DNA from: Chloroflexota bacterium
Lineage (GTDB): Bacteria > Chloroflexota > Limnocylindria > P2-11E
Reading direction: 5' to 3'
Assembly: GCA_005882765.1 (NCBI GenBank)
Contig: VBDV01000114.1
Span: 1-63,109 of the forward strand
DNA: 63,109 nucleotides
The notes beneath the pieces were generated by a model. That model was not told the origin of the DNA. It saw nothing but the letters and a program-made list of their open reading frames with translations, and made no database searches. The translations under genes and the position numbers were made by a program. Every line of letters begins with the position of its first letter. The stretch's first letter is position 1. This document shows, in pieces, positions 46,416 through 54,956 of this stretch.

Positions 46416-48032
46416 ATGACGCAGGCCGTTTCTAGCGCCGCACCCGTTTCGGTCGACCCGCGCACGAGGACCCAGATCGTGGTCGCCGTGCTTCTTGGTT
46501 TGTTCCTGGCGGCCCTCGACCAGACCGTCGTCGGGACCGCCCTACCGCGGATCGTCACCGACCTTCGTGGCAACGACATCTATACCTGGGCATTCACTTC
46601 GTATCTGCTGACTGCCACGATCAGCGGGCCGATCTACGGGAAGCTCTCGGACCTCTTCGGCCGGCGTCCCATCCTCCTTTTCGCCGTGTCGGTATTCCTC
46701 ATCGGATCGCTGCTCTCCGGTCTCTCGCAGGAGATGTGGCAGTTCGTTGCCTTCCGCGCGGTCCAGGGCCTCGGCGCGGGAGCGCTCTTCCCGGTCGCTC
46801 TCGCGGTCATCGGTGACATGTTCGATGCCAGCGAGCGCGGCAAGTACCAGGGCCTCGTCGGCGCGATCTTTGGACTCAGCTCCGTCATCGGTCCCGCGAT
46901 CGGTGGCGTCATCACCGACACTGTCGGCTGGCACTGGGTGTTCTTCGTCAACCTCCCGCTCGGCGCGGTCGTGTTCACGGTCGTTTGGCGCGTGATGCCG
47001 TCGTTCCGGCCGGCAGGCGCCAGGCCGCGGATCGACTACCTCGGTGCGTCCGTGCTCGCAGGTGCCCTCGTGCCGATCCTCGTCGGCCTGACCAACAAGC
47101 AGACCGGCAATTGGGGCGATCCGGCGGTGGGCGGCCTCATCGTCCTTGGGCTCGCGGTTGCAGCGATCTTCGTCTGGGTCGAGTCGCGTGCATCGGAGCC
47201 GATCGTCCCGCTCGGTCTCTTCCGGACCCGGTCCTTCACGATCTCCGTGATCGCGATGTTCTTCGCCTCGATGGCGTTCTTCGCCCCGGTCGTGTTCCTT
47301 CCGCGCTGGTTCCAGGTCGTTGGCGGGGCGAGCGCAACGCAGTCTGGTTACCAGATCCTGGCGCTGCTCGGCGGACTCATCATCAGCGCGATGGCGTCCG
47401 GCCAGATCGTCGCGCGCACCGGCCGGTACAAGCTGCTCGCGCTCAGCGCTGCCGTCACGCTCGCGATCGGTTTGTTCCTTCTTTCGAACCTTCGAGCGGA
47501 CACCCCGCTCCCTGTTCTCTGGGCATGGATGTTCATCACCGGTCTCGGGGTCGGGCCGATGTTCTCTATCTTCACGCTCGTCGTGCAGGGCGCGGTCGCC
47601 CCGCGGCAGATCGGCACGGCCACGAGCAGCCTCACCCTGTTCCAGCAGCTTGGTGGCAGCGTTGGCCTGGCGATCGCCGGCACGCTCTTCAGCTCGCGTC
47701 TGGTAGAGGAGCTGCCGCGTGAGCTGTCCTCAGCTGTGCCGCCGCAGGTGGCAGCCGGCTTCGGCGGTTCGGCGACGGGTGCGATCGGTCAGCTCACGGG
47801 CGTTGGTGATCTCGGTCAGAAGATCCTGGCTGCGGCGCCGGCCGGCGCGCGCGATCAGCTCGCGCCATTCATCCCCGACATCGTCGCCGCCATCCACCGC
47901 GCGTTCTCGATCGCGACGGCGAGCACGTTCACGTTCGGCATCGTGGCGGCCGCGGTCGTGCTTGTCGTCGTATCGCTCCTGAGGGAGTCGGCGGCGCAGG
48001 CGGCAGTGGTGGACGAGACCCTAGCGGCCTAA
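46416..48032 (+). CDS. MFS transporter, DHA2 (14-TMS EmrB/QacA-like) family
   Basis: AGGAG SD. LDQTVVGTALPRI, GKLSDLFGRRP, and about 14 hydrophobic segments. Confidence 0.85.
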   Translation: MTQAVSSAAPVSVDPRTRTQIVVAVLLGLFLAALDQTVVGTALPRIVTDLRGNDIYTWAFTSYLLTATISGPIYGKLSDLFGRRPILLFAVSVFLIGSLLSGLSQEMWQFVAFRAVQGLGAGALFPVALAVIGDMFDASERGKYQGLVGAIFGLSSVIGPAIGGVITDTVGWHWVFFVNLPLGAVVFTVVWRVMPSFRPAGARPRIDYLGASVLAGALVPILVGLTNKQTGNWGDPAVGGLIVLGLAVAAIFVWVESRASEPIVPLGLFRTRSFTISVIAMFFASMAFFAPVVFLPRWFQVVGGASATQSGYQILALLGGLIISAMASGQIVARTGRYKLLALSAAVTLAIGLFLLSNLRADTPLPVLWAWMFITGLGVGPMFSIFTLVVQGAVAPRQIGTATSSLTLFQQLGGSVGLAIAGTLFSSRLVEELPRELSSAVPPQVAAGFGGSATGAIGQLTGVGDLGQKILAAAPAGARDQLAPFIPDIVAAIHRAFSIATASTFTFGIVAAAVVLVVVSLLRESAAQAAVVDETLAA

Positions 48033-48776
48033 CTTCGTCGCCTCGCCCGGGGCGAGGACACGCACCTCTGTGGTCGGCGCGATGCGCGCGGCTTCCCGGG
48101 CGAAGTCGTGTGGCGGGTCGCCGAGCGGATGCGGCCAGAACCGCGCGAACGCGAACGGGTAGAACGTGCCCCAATGGATGGGGATCGCGACGCGCGGCTT
48201 GATCCGAAGCAGCGCTTCGGCCGCGCGCCGCGGATCGAGGTGGCCGCTCCCCAGGCGCGGTCCCCATCCCCACACCGGCAGAAGTGCGACGTCGATGGTG
48301 CCGGCGAGCTCGGCCATCTCCGCGAAGAGGTCGGTGTCACCCGCAAAGTAGAGCCGCGAGCTGCCGGCGATCCGGTAGCCGAGTGCCTCCGCGGCCGGGC
48401 CGAACGGGCGTCGCCCGCCGTCGTGCTCCGCGTGCAGCGCCTCCAGCTCGACGCCGCCGACGTTGAATCGTTCCCCGGCTGCGACCTCCATGACGTCGTG
48501 GCCAGTGCGGCGGCACATCGCGCCGAGACCTCGCGGCACGATGATCCGCGGCCGACCGCCGAGGCGGCGAAGGGACGGCATGTGGAGATGATCGTGGTGC
48601 GCGTGGGAGATGAGGACCGCGTCGATCTCGATGTCCTCGACGAGATGGGCGACTGCCTCGGCGTGGCGATGAAGAAGGCCCAGGCGATGCGTGAGCAGCG
48701 GGTCGGTGAGAATGCGCACGCCATCCATCTCGACCAGGACGGTCGAGTGCCCGAGGTACCGAAGATGCCCACTCAC
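48021..48776 (-). CDS. MBL-fold metallo-hydrolase
   Basis: HAHHDH motif, later FAGDTD, and a C-terminal PIHWGTF. This frame was chosen over the overlapping Arg/Ser-rich frame 48029-48772. Confidence 0.8.
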   Translation of the reverse strand: MSGHLRYLGHSTVLVEMDGVRILTDPLLTHRLGLLHRHAEAVAHLVEDIEIDAVLISHAHHDHLHMPSLRRLGGRPRIIVPRGLGAMCRRTGHDVMEVAAGERFNVGGVELEALHAEHDGGRRPFGPAAEALGYRIAGSSRLYFAGDTDLFAEMAELAGTIDVALLPVWGWGPRLGSGHLDPRRAAEALLRIKPRVAIPIHWGTFYPFAFARFWPHPLGDPPHDFAREAARIAPTTEVRVLAPGEATKLGR

Positions 48777-48796
48777 CGGCCGAGCGTAATGCGCGC

Positions 48797-50809
48797 ATGA
48801 TCGGCTTCTACGCGACCCAGCTCCATCTCCTTGCGAGATGGACTGGTGGACCGTGGGGCGTCGTGCGTCGTGGCATCGCCACGCTCGTCATCAGCATGCT
48901 CGCGCTCGTTGTCACGGCGTGGCTCCTGCCCAGCGTCGGCCTTCGCGACGTCCCCTCCGCCGTCGCCGCGGCGCTCGTTCTCGCCGCCATGCGCACGTTC
49001 CTGCGTCCCGTGCTCATCGCCTACGTTTCGCAGATCTCGGTCGCCGTCGCGACGATCGCGACGGTCCTCGTGCAGGCCCTCGCGTTCTGGCTCATCGCGG
49101 GCGCGGGGTGGATGGTGCTCGACCGGCCGGTCGATGCGGTCGTCGGCTCGGTGCTCTTTTCGATCGGGAACGCGCTCCTGACGGCCGTGCTCTCGACCGG
49201 TGATGACCATTCATTCTTCGGCACGCTCGTCCGCCAGCTCGCGGCACGGCACCGGAAGGACGACGTGACCAAAGAGCCGGGCGTGGTGCTCATCCAGATC
49301 GACGGGCTCGCTCACTCGATCCTCGAGAAGGAGCTCAACGCCGGACGCGTGCCGAACCTCGCCCGATGGCTGCGCTCGGGCGGCATGACGCTCGATCGCT
49401 GGGCGCCGCTCCTCCCGACCCAGACCTCGGCGAGCCAGGCCGGTGTGTTGCACGGGAACAACGACGGCATACCGGGCTTTCGCTGGTGGGACAAGAAGAC
49501 GCAGCGCCTCATGGTGTCGAACCACCCCAAAGACGCTCGCGAGATCGAGCGGCGGGTCTCGAACGGACATGGCCTGCTCGCGAAGAGCGGCGCCTCGATC
49601 GGCAATCTCCTCTCGGGCGATGCACCGCGAAGCTTCCTCACGGCGGCGACCCTCGACGATCCCGCGAAGGAGATCCGCCGCAGCCACGTGCTGGACTGGT
49701 TCTTCATCAGCCCCTACAGCTACGTGCGTTGGACGCTGCTGTCGATCGGCGAGGTGATCAAAGAGCTCGTTCAGGCTCGTGCCGCGACCGGGAGCGAGCC
49801 AGGTGGCCCGCGCGACTTCCCATATCCGCTCGCGCGCGCGGCGACGAACGTGCTGCTCCGCCATCTCAGCACCGCGCTCGTGATCGAGGAGATGTGGCGA
49901 CGCACCTCCCCGATCTACGTCGACTTCGTCGACTACGACGAGATCGCGCACCACGCCGGTCCCGAGAGCGTCGAGGCGCGCGACGCGATAGGTGGAATCG
50001 ACAAGATCATCGGGATCATCGAGATGGCCGCCGTGGACGCGCCGCGACCCTACCGTTTCGTCGTGCTCTCCGACCATGGGCAGAGTCCCGGCGCGATGTT
50101 CGCGCAGCGCTATCGCAAGCCGCTCGAAGCGCTCATCCAGGACCTCGCCGGCGAGGACGCCAAGGTGCAGGGCGCGACCGCCCACATCGAGCATTGGGGC
50201 AGGCTCAGTCCGCTTCTGTCGGAAGCGTCAGGTATTAACGGCATGACCCGAGCGATGACGAGCGCCTCATTCCGGCGCCGTGCCGGCGCCGTGGACGATG
50301 CCGAGAAGCCGGCGGACATCGTCGTCGCCGCGTCGGGGAACCTCGCGCAGGTCGCTTTCCCGGCCATGCCGGGCCGAGCCGCGAAGGAGACGATCGACGC
50401 GGCGTACCCAGGTCTTGTCGATGGGCTGGTCCGGCATCCGGGCATCGGACTCGTCATGGTGCGGCCTATCGGGCGCGGCCCCGTTGTCCTCGGTGCCGGC
50501 GGCAGCGCCGACCTGACGGACGGACGGGTCGACGGAATCGATCCGCTGGCGTCGTTCGGGTCGACCGCAGCCCACGGGCTCAGGCGCGTCGATGCCATGG
50601 CCGAGTGCGGGGATCTGGTGATCGTGAGCATGTTCGATCCGGATGCGGGCGAGGTGGCTCCGTTCGAGGAGCAGATCGGCTCGCACGGCGGGCTCGGTGG
50701 CCGGCAGAGCGACGCCTTCATCCTTCACCCGGCGGAGTGGGTGATCGGTGCGCCGCCGGTCGGTGCGGTTGCGCTCCACGAGCAGATCCGGCGGTGGCTT
50801 CGGGCGTAA
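48797..50809 (+). CDS. Fusion of a 4-TM holin-family-IV-like membrane domain and an alkaline phosphatase/nucleotide pyrophosphatase superfamily domain
   Basis: Four hydrophobic helices in the N-terminal ~150 aa. After that, VVLIQIDGL..., DFVDYDEIAHHAGP and VVLSDHGQS are typical of the AlkP/type I phosphodiesterase core. Confidence 0.7.
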   Translation: MIGFYATQLHLLARWTGGPWGVVRRGIATLVISMLALVVTAWLLPSVGLRDVPSAVAAALVLAAMRTFLRPVLIAYVSQISVAVATIATVLVQALAFWLIAGAGWMVLDRPVDAVVGSVLFSIGNALLTAVLSTGDDHSFFGTLVRQLAARHRKDDVTKEPGVVLIQIDGLAHSILEKELNAGRVPNLARWLRSGGMTLDRWAPLLPTQTSASQAGVLHGNNDGIPGFRWWDKKTQRLMVSNHPKDAREIERRVSNGHGLLAKSGASIGNLLSGDAPRSFLTAATLDDPAKEIRRSHVLDWFFISPYSYVRWTLLSIGEVIKELVQARAATGSEPGGPRDFPYPLARAATNVLLRHLSTALVIEEMWRRTSPIYVDFVDYDEIAHHAGPESVEARDAIGGIDKIIGIIEMAAVDAPRPYRFVVLSDHGQSPGAMFAQRYRKPLEALIQDLAGEDAKVQGATAHIEHWGRLSPLLSEASGINGMTRAMTSASFRRRAGAVDDAEKPADIVVAASGNLAQVAFPAMPGRAAKETIDAAYPGLVDGLVRHPGIGLVMVRPIGRGPVVLGAGGSADLTDGRVDGIDPLASFGSTAAHGLRRVDAMAECGDLVIVSMFDPDAGEVAPFEEQIGSHGGLGGRQSDAFILHPAEWVIGAPPVGAVALHEQIRRWLRA

Positions 50810-50820
50810 CCTTCCGTCTC

Positions 50821-51267
50821 GTGCCAGGACTGAGTGCTCGCGATCGCGCCGCAACGCTCGCCGTCCTCGAGAACGCGCAGTGGATCTACGCGCTCGGGCG
50901 ATATCCGAAGAAGCAGGTCCTCGACGACGAGATCGACGTCAGGATGCTCCGCGACCGGATCGGTGCGATGCGGAAGGCGGCGCAGGAGCTCAGCCCGGCA
51001 CAGCGGAAGAAGATCGACGTCCCCTGGGCGCGGCTCGAAGACGATCCCGACGAAACCCCCGACATGCTGTGGACGGTCGCAAAGAAGGTGACGCCAAAAG
51101 TATTGGCCGAGATGCGGCCGCTGGTGAGCGATACACCCGAGGCAGCGTTCTTGATCACGCCGGAGCCGAAGAAGACGGCGGCGAAGAAAACGCCAAAGCG
51201 TACCGGGCCGACGAAAGCAAGGACGCGTGGAAAGATTGGTGGCAAGAATCCTCGTCATCGACGATGA
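50821..51267 (+). CDS. Hypothetical protein with a highly basic Lys/Arg/Pro/Thr C-terminal tail
   Basis: Plausible coding composition. Tail KKTAAKKTPKRTGPTKARTRGKIGGKNPRHRR. The start (GTG at 50821) is uncertain. Confidence 0.4.
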   Translation: MPGLSARDRAATLAVLENAQWIYALGRYPKKQVLDDEIDVRMLRDRIGAMRKAAQELSPAQRKKIDVPWARLEDDPDETPDMLWTVAKKVTPKVLAEMRPLVSDTPEAAFLITPEPKKTAAKKTPKRTGPTKARTRGKIGGKNPRHRR

Positions 51268-51608
51268 CCGGATGATGCGTGAGCTGTACCAGGAGATCCT
51301 CACGCGTCGTGGCCATGCGGTGATCCTTGCCGAGAACGGGACCGAGGGCCTGGCCAAGGTCGAGGAGAACCCCCGATCTCATCATCGTCGATCTGACCAT
51401 GGCGGACGGCGATGGCTACGAATTCCTCAAGCGTCTGCGGGCCGTACCGGGCCACGCCACGACGCCCGTCATTGTTTCATCGGGCCAACTGGCCGGTGAC
51501 GTCGCGATTGCCGGCGCCGACCGGTTCCTCGCTAAGCCCTTTCGCGCCAATGAATTGAACGCGCTCGTCGACGAACTGCTGTCGTCTTCGCGCGGAACGG
51601 CTTCCTAG
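51227..51608 (+). pseudogene. Single-domain CheY-like response regulator (receiver) interrupted by a 1-nt frameshift in a C5 run
   Basis: Frame A reads ILVIDDDRMMRELYQEILTRRGHAVILAENGTEGLAKVEENP. Frame B continues DLIIVDLTMADGDGYEFLKRLR...PVIVSSGQ...FLAKPF. The junction is at ccccc, 51370-51374. Confidence 0.75.
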
Positions 51609-51660
51609 GGAATGGAGTGCCCGAGGAGCGGCCGATGACGGCCGCTCCTCGTCTGCCTAC

Positions 51661-52401
51661 CTAGTCGTTCTCGCCCTGGTCGTTGTTGTCGCCGTCGTCG
51701 CCCTTGTCTTTGTTCTTGCCCTTGTTGTTCTCGGTGTTTTCGCCGCGTCCGACGAGCGTGGCGTTGACATCGATGTTATCGAGGACCGCGAGCCCAAAGA
51801 AGTCCGGACCGGTGTCCTGACCCTCGTCGAACACGATCGAGATTCTCTTCACGTCACCGGTCACGGCCTCGAGCGCGCCGCTTGCCGCGTTGAAGCCGAG
51901 TAGCGGCGTACTGCCGCCCCAACGAAGCCGGATCCAGCCGAGGCCCGCCTGCGTCTGGACCGCAGGCGGCGAGTTGCAGCCGATAAAGTAGAAGGCGTGC
52001 GTCGTCTCGACGTTGAAGCGAGGCGCGCCCGCTCCGCAGTGCGAGCCGTTCGCCGCGACTGCGTTGACCGGCTTGCGAAGGTCGTAGCCGAGCTCGGTGA
52101 TCGGCCCGGTGACGCCGCGGATGTCCGCGAAGGCCGATGCGTTCGTCGTCGTCGGCCCCGTCTTCGCGAGCAGGAGGCCCTGGTTGCGATTGTCGCTCGA
52201 GTCATTGTTCGGGTTGCAAGCCGGGTCCTTGTAGGCGGAGAGGCTCGGGCAGCCGATCCCATCGAGCCATTGCGCCTGAACAAGGAACGTGTTGCCCGGG
52301 TCGAATTCACCCGCCCGCACCGAGAAACGTTCCGCCGCGTAGACGATGCCGGCAGTGAAGACGACGATCGCGAGCGATGCGACGAGCGTGCGAAGCTTCA
52401 T
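51661..52401 (-). CDS. Hypothetical secreted protein with an Asn/Lys/Asp/Gly-rich C-terminal tail
   Basis: AGGAG SD and signal peptide MKLRTLVASLAIVVFTAGIVYA. Four Cys residues, and the tail NTENNKGKNKDKGDDGDNNDQGEND. Confidence 0.65.
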   Translation of the reverse strand: MKLRTLVASLAIVVFTAGIVYAAERFSVRAGEFDPGNTFLVQAQWLDGIGCPSLSAYKDPACNPNNDSSDNRNQGLLLAKTGPTTTNASAFADIRGVTGPITELGYDLRKPVNAVAANGSHCGAGAPRFNVETTHAFYFIGCNSPPAVQTQAGLGWIRLRWGGSTPLLGFNAASGALEAVTGDVKRISIVFDEGQDTGPDFFGLAVLDNIDVNATLVGRGENTENNKGKNKDKGDDGDNNDQGEND

Positions 52402-52643
52402 GCGCTACTCCTTTCACGCGCGATCTTCCGATCCGTCGGGTGCTCTCGCGTACCACCTCCCTTGCAGACGGGGATGACCGGGTTCGTACTTCCCGGTTGG
52501 GGGCGATTAGATCAAATAGGCCTCACCCATGACTTGCTCGGCTCTTGTGACACTTGCCGGACGACCGACGGCTAACTCCGCGTCGACGACCAGAGGGACG
52601 GTCAGCAGATCGGACTCGCGTTCTCCACTAACTTTTCTCGCGG

Positions 52644-53591
52644 GTGAGCACGCCATTTGATCGAGGCAACACGCTGCTTGTTGAGGCGCCCACCGGTATC
52701 GGGCCGGGGCACTGGGCAGGCGCGCCAGGTGGCTTCGCGATGGACGAGCTCATACACCTTGTGTACCGGCTGCGCTGGCCCCGGCCGCGACGCGGAGGCG
52801 AGCTCCGAATTGCGCGCGGGGACGGCGAACGGTTCGAAACGGTCTGGCGCGCAAGCCGCGAAGATTTCAGCAGTCCGTCGATCGAGCGGTGCGCGATCCT
52901 CCGGGACGGCCGGACATGGCGCCTCTACATAAGTTATGTCGACGGCGTCGACGGGCGATGGCGCATCGACGTCATCGAAGCGGGTAGCCCCGACTCGTTC
53001 GACCCGGCGGCACGGCGGCTCGCACTCGACGCGGACATGGCAAATGCAGTCGCAGTCAAAGATCCATGGGTCCGGCGAGTCGGCGACCGCTGGTGGATGT
53101 TTGTCTCGTATGGCGAGCGCCCGCCAGGCGACGAGCGAAAGCTGCATGGCAGCGGCGACGCGCTGTCGACCGGCGCGGTGAAATCTGAAACCGGCCTCGC
53201 GACGAGCGCGGACGGCCTGCGGTGGAAGTGGGAAGGAAAAGTATTCGCAGCTGCCGCGAAGGGCTGGGACAAAGCCACCGCCCGTCTTACGACAGCATTT
53301 CGATCGGGCGACGAGTGGATCGGGCTCTACGACGGAGCCTCGGACATCAGCGACAACTACGAGGAGCGCTGCGGCTTGGCACGAAGCAAGGATCTGCGGG
53401 CGTGGGAACGGATCGGATCAGGGCCGGCGATTGGTGCGGCGGGCGGACCGGGAACGGTCCGCTATGTCGAGAGCGTCGTTGTGGGCGACTCAGTTCGCTT
53501 CTTCTTCGAGCGCACCCGCGCGGATGGCTCGCACGAGCTCTGCACGAGCTCGACCCCGCTCAGCGAATGGGACCGCGACAGTCCTGGTTGA
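52644..53591 (+). CDS. Hypothetical protein, possibly a glycoside-hydrolase-like beta-propeller fold
   Basis: Repeated W/DG-containing strands (RDGRTWRLYISY, VGDRWWMFVSYG, SGDEWIGLYDG). No catalytic motif was identified with confidence, and no clear SD. Confidence 0.45.
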   Translation: MSTPFDRGNTLLVEAPTGIGPGHWAGAPGGFAMDELIHLVYRLRWPRPRRGGELRIARGDGERFETVWRASREDFSSPSIERCAILRDGRTWRLYISYVDGVDGRWRIDVIEAGSPDSFDPAARRLALDADMANAVAVKDPWVRRVGDRWWMFVSYGERPPGDERKLHGSGDALSTGAVKSETGLATSADGLRWKWEGKVFAAAAKGWDKATARLTTAFRSGDEWIGLYDGASDISDNYEERCGLARSKDLRAWERIGSGPAIGAAGGPGTVRYVESVVVGDSVRFFFERTRADGSHELCTSSTPLSEWDRDSPG

Positions 53592-53940
53592 TGCAGAAGA
53601 GCTGACCGAGAAGGAGAAGCGTCCCCACGAAGACCGCATAGATGAACCAGATGGCGCCGACCCCGATCGTCACCCATACGAGCCAGTGCGAGGCGCGTCT
53701 CGCGTGTGAGTCTTCGCGGAACTGCAGGTAAGCAATCACGAGAGCGACTACGTCGATGATCGTCACGATGACCGCGAGCGGCGCGTTCGTGATGATCTGC
53801 CCGTAGCCACCAACGACCAGACCCGCCACATGGGGGACGAGGCTGAAGACGAACGCGATCCAGAGCTCGAATACGGGCATACGCGCGACGACCGCCGCGC
53901 CGGGCGCGGGCAAGTCGGGCTTCAGAGCGGGACGTTCCAC
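53560..53940 (-). CDS. Hypothetical small membrane protein
   Basis: Three to four hydrophobic helices. The start may be the internal ATG at 53880 (MPVFELW...). Confidence 0.45.
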   Translation of the reverse strand: MERPALKPDLPAPGAAVVARMPVFELWIAFVFSLVPHVAGLVVGGYGQIITNAPLAVIVTIIDVVALVIAYLQFREDSHARRASHWLVWVTIGVGAIWFIYAVFVGTLLLLGQLFCINQDCRGPIR

Positions 53941-54005
53941 GGCTCGAAATGTAGCTAGCGAGGCGGCGCGGGGCGGGTCGGCCGGGTAGCAGAGTCGCTA
54001 CGCGA

Positions 54006-54956
54006 CTAGCGCATCGCCTCGAGGAGCGGAGTTACGTCGCGATGGAAAACGTCCTGGTCGACGAGCGGCTTCTCGGCTAGGGCCGGGATGCGCTGACTGA
54101 CGGCGTCTTCATACGTCGGGAGCTCGATCTGGTAGTAGATGCCGATCGGGATGGGGTCCGTCTCGTAGCTCCGCGCGACGGCCGCCGCCTTCTTGGCGAC
54201 GATCTCCTGCGCGTCGGTCGGGTCCTGCACCTTTCCGTCGTAGCTCTTGTCCTCGAGCTTGTAGAGGCGCGAGCGCTTCTCGGGAAGATCCGCGCCCTCG
54301 TACCACTCCTTCGTGTAGAGGTCGTTGTACGTGGGGCACGTCTGCAGGACATCGACGAGCGCCGACCCCTTGTGCTGAATCGCCTTCACGATGATCGACG
54401 CGAGGTACTTGGGCTCGAGCGCGTAGCCGCGCGCGATGAACGTGTAGCCCGAAGCGACCGCCATGGCGACGGGGTTGATGCCGTCCTGAATCGCCTGCTC
54501 GGGCATCGACTTGGTCTTCTTGCCTTTCGACAGGGTGGGCGAGGCCTGACCCTTCGTGAGTCCGTACACGTTGTTGTTGTGGACGATGTAGGCGAAGTCG
54601 GCGTTGCGCCGGCCCGCACCGACGAAGTAGCCCGCGCCGATCCCGTACCCGTCGCCGTCGCCGCCGAGCGCGAGCACAGTGAGGTCAGTGTTCACGAGCC
54701 GCCCGCCCGTCGCGACGGTGAGCACGCGGCCGTGCAGCGTGTGGAACCCGTACCCGTTGATGTAATGGGGCGTCTTCCCGCTGCAACCGATGCCGCTGTA
54801 CACCGCGAGCTTGTCGGGCTCGATCTGCAGCTGCTGCAGTGCCATCTGGATACCGGTGAGGATGCCAAAATCTCCGCAGCCAGGACACCAGTCGTTGTGC
54901 AGATCGCTCTTGTAATCCTTGATCGCGAGCGGCTTTGCGGGCGCGTTAATGGACAT
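54006..54956 (-). CDS. korB: 2-oxoacid:ferredoxin oxidoreductase subunit beta (TPP-binding)
   Basis: CPGCGDFGI, GIGCSG and GGDGDGYGIG (TPP motif). It overlaps korA by 11 nt. Confidence 0.9.
   Translation of the reverse strand: MSINAPAKPLAIKDYKSDLHNDWCPGCGDFGILTGIQMALQQLQIEPDKLAVYSGIGCSGKTPHYINGYGFHTLHGRVLTVATGGRLVNTDLTVLALGGDGDGYGIGAGYFVGAGRRNADFAYIVHNNNVYGLTKGQASPTLSKGKKTKSMPEQAIQDGINPVAMAVASGYTFIARGYALEPKYLASIIVKAIQHKGSALVDVLQTCPTYNDLYTKEWYEGADLPEKRSRLYKLEDKSYDGKVQDPTDAQEIVAKKAAAVARSYETDPIPIGIYYQIELPTYEDAVSQRIPALAEKPLVDQDVFHRDVTPLLEAMR

Noticed and set aside
48021-48776. Two nearly coextensive minus-strand ORFs (48021-48776 and 48029-48772).
   Set aside because: Only the 48021-48776 frame carries the MBL-fold HxHxDH motif and a balanced composition. 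The other frame is Arg/Ser/Ala-rich shadow.
52402-52643. Long spacer examined on both strands for riboswitch signatures (TPP, SAM, cobalamin B12 box, c-di-GMP/c-di-AMP, ZTP, glycine).
   Set aside because: None of the conserved core sequences I know for these classes could be found by eye. It is kept only as a low-interest note pending an Rfam scan.
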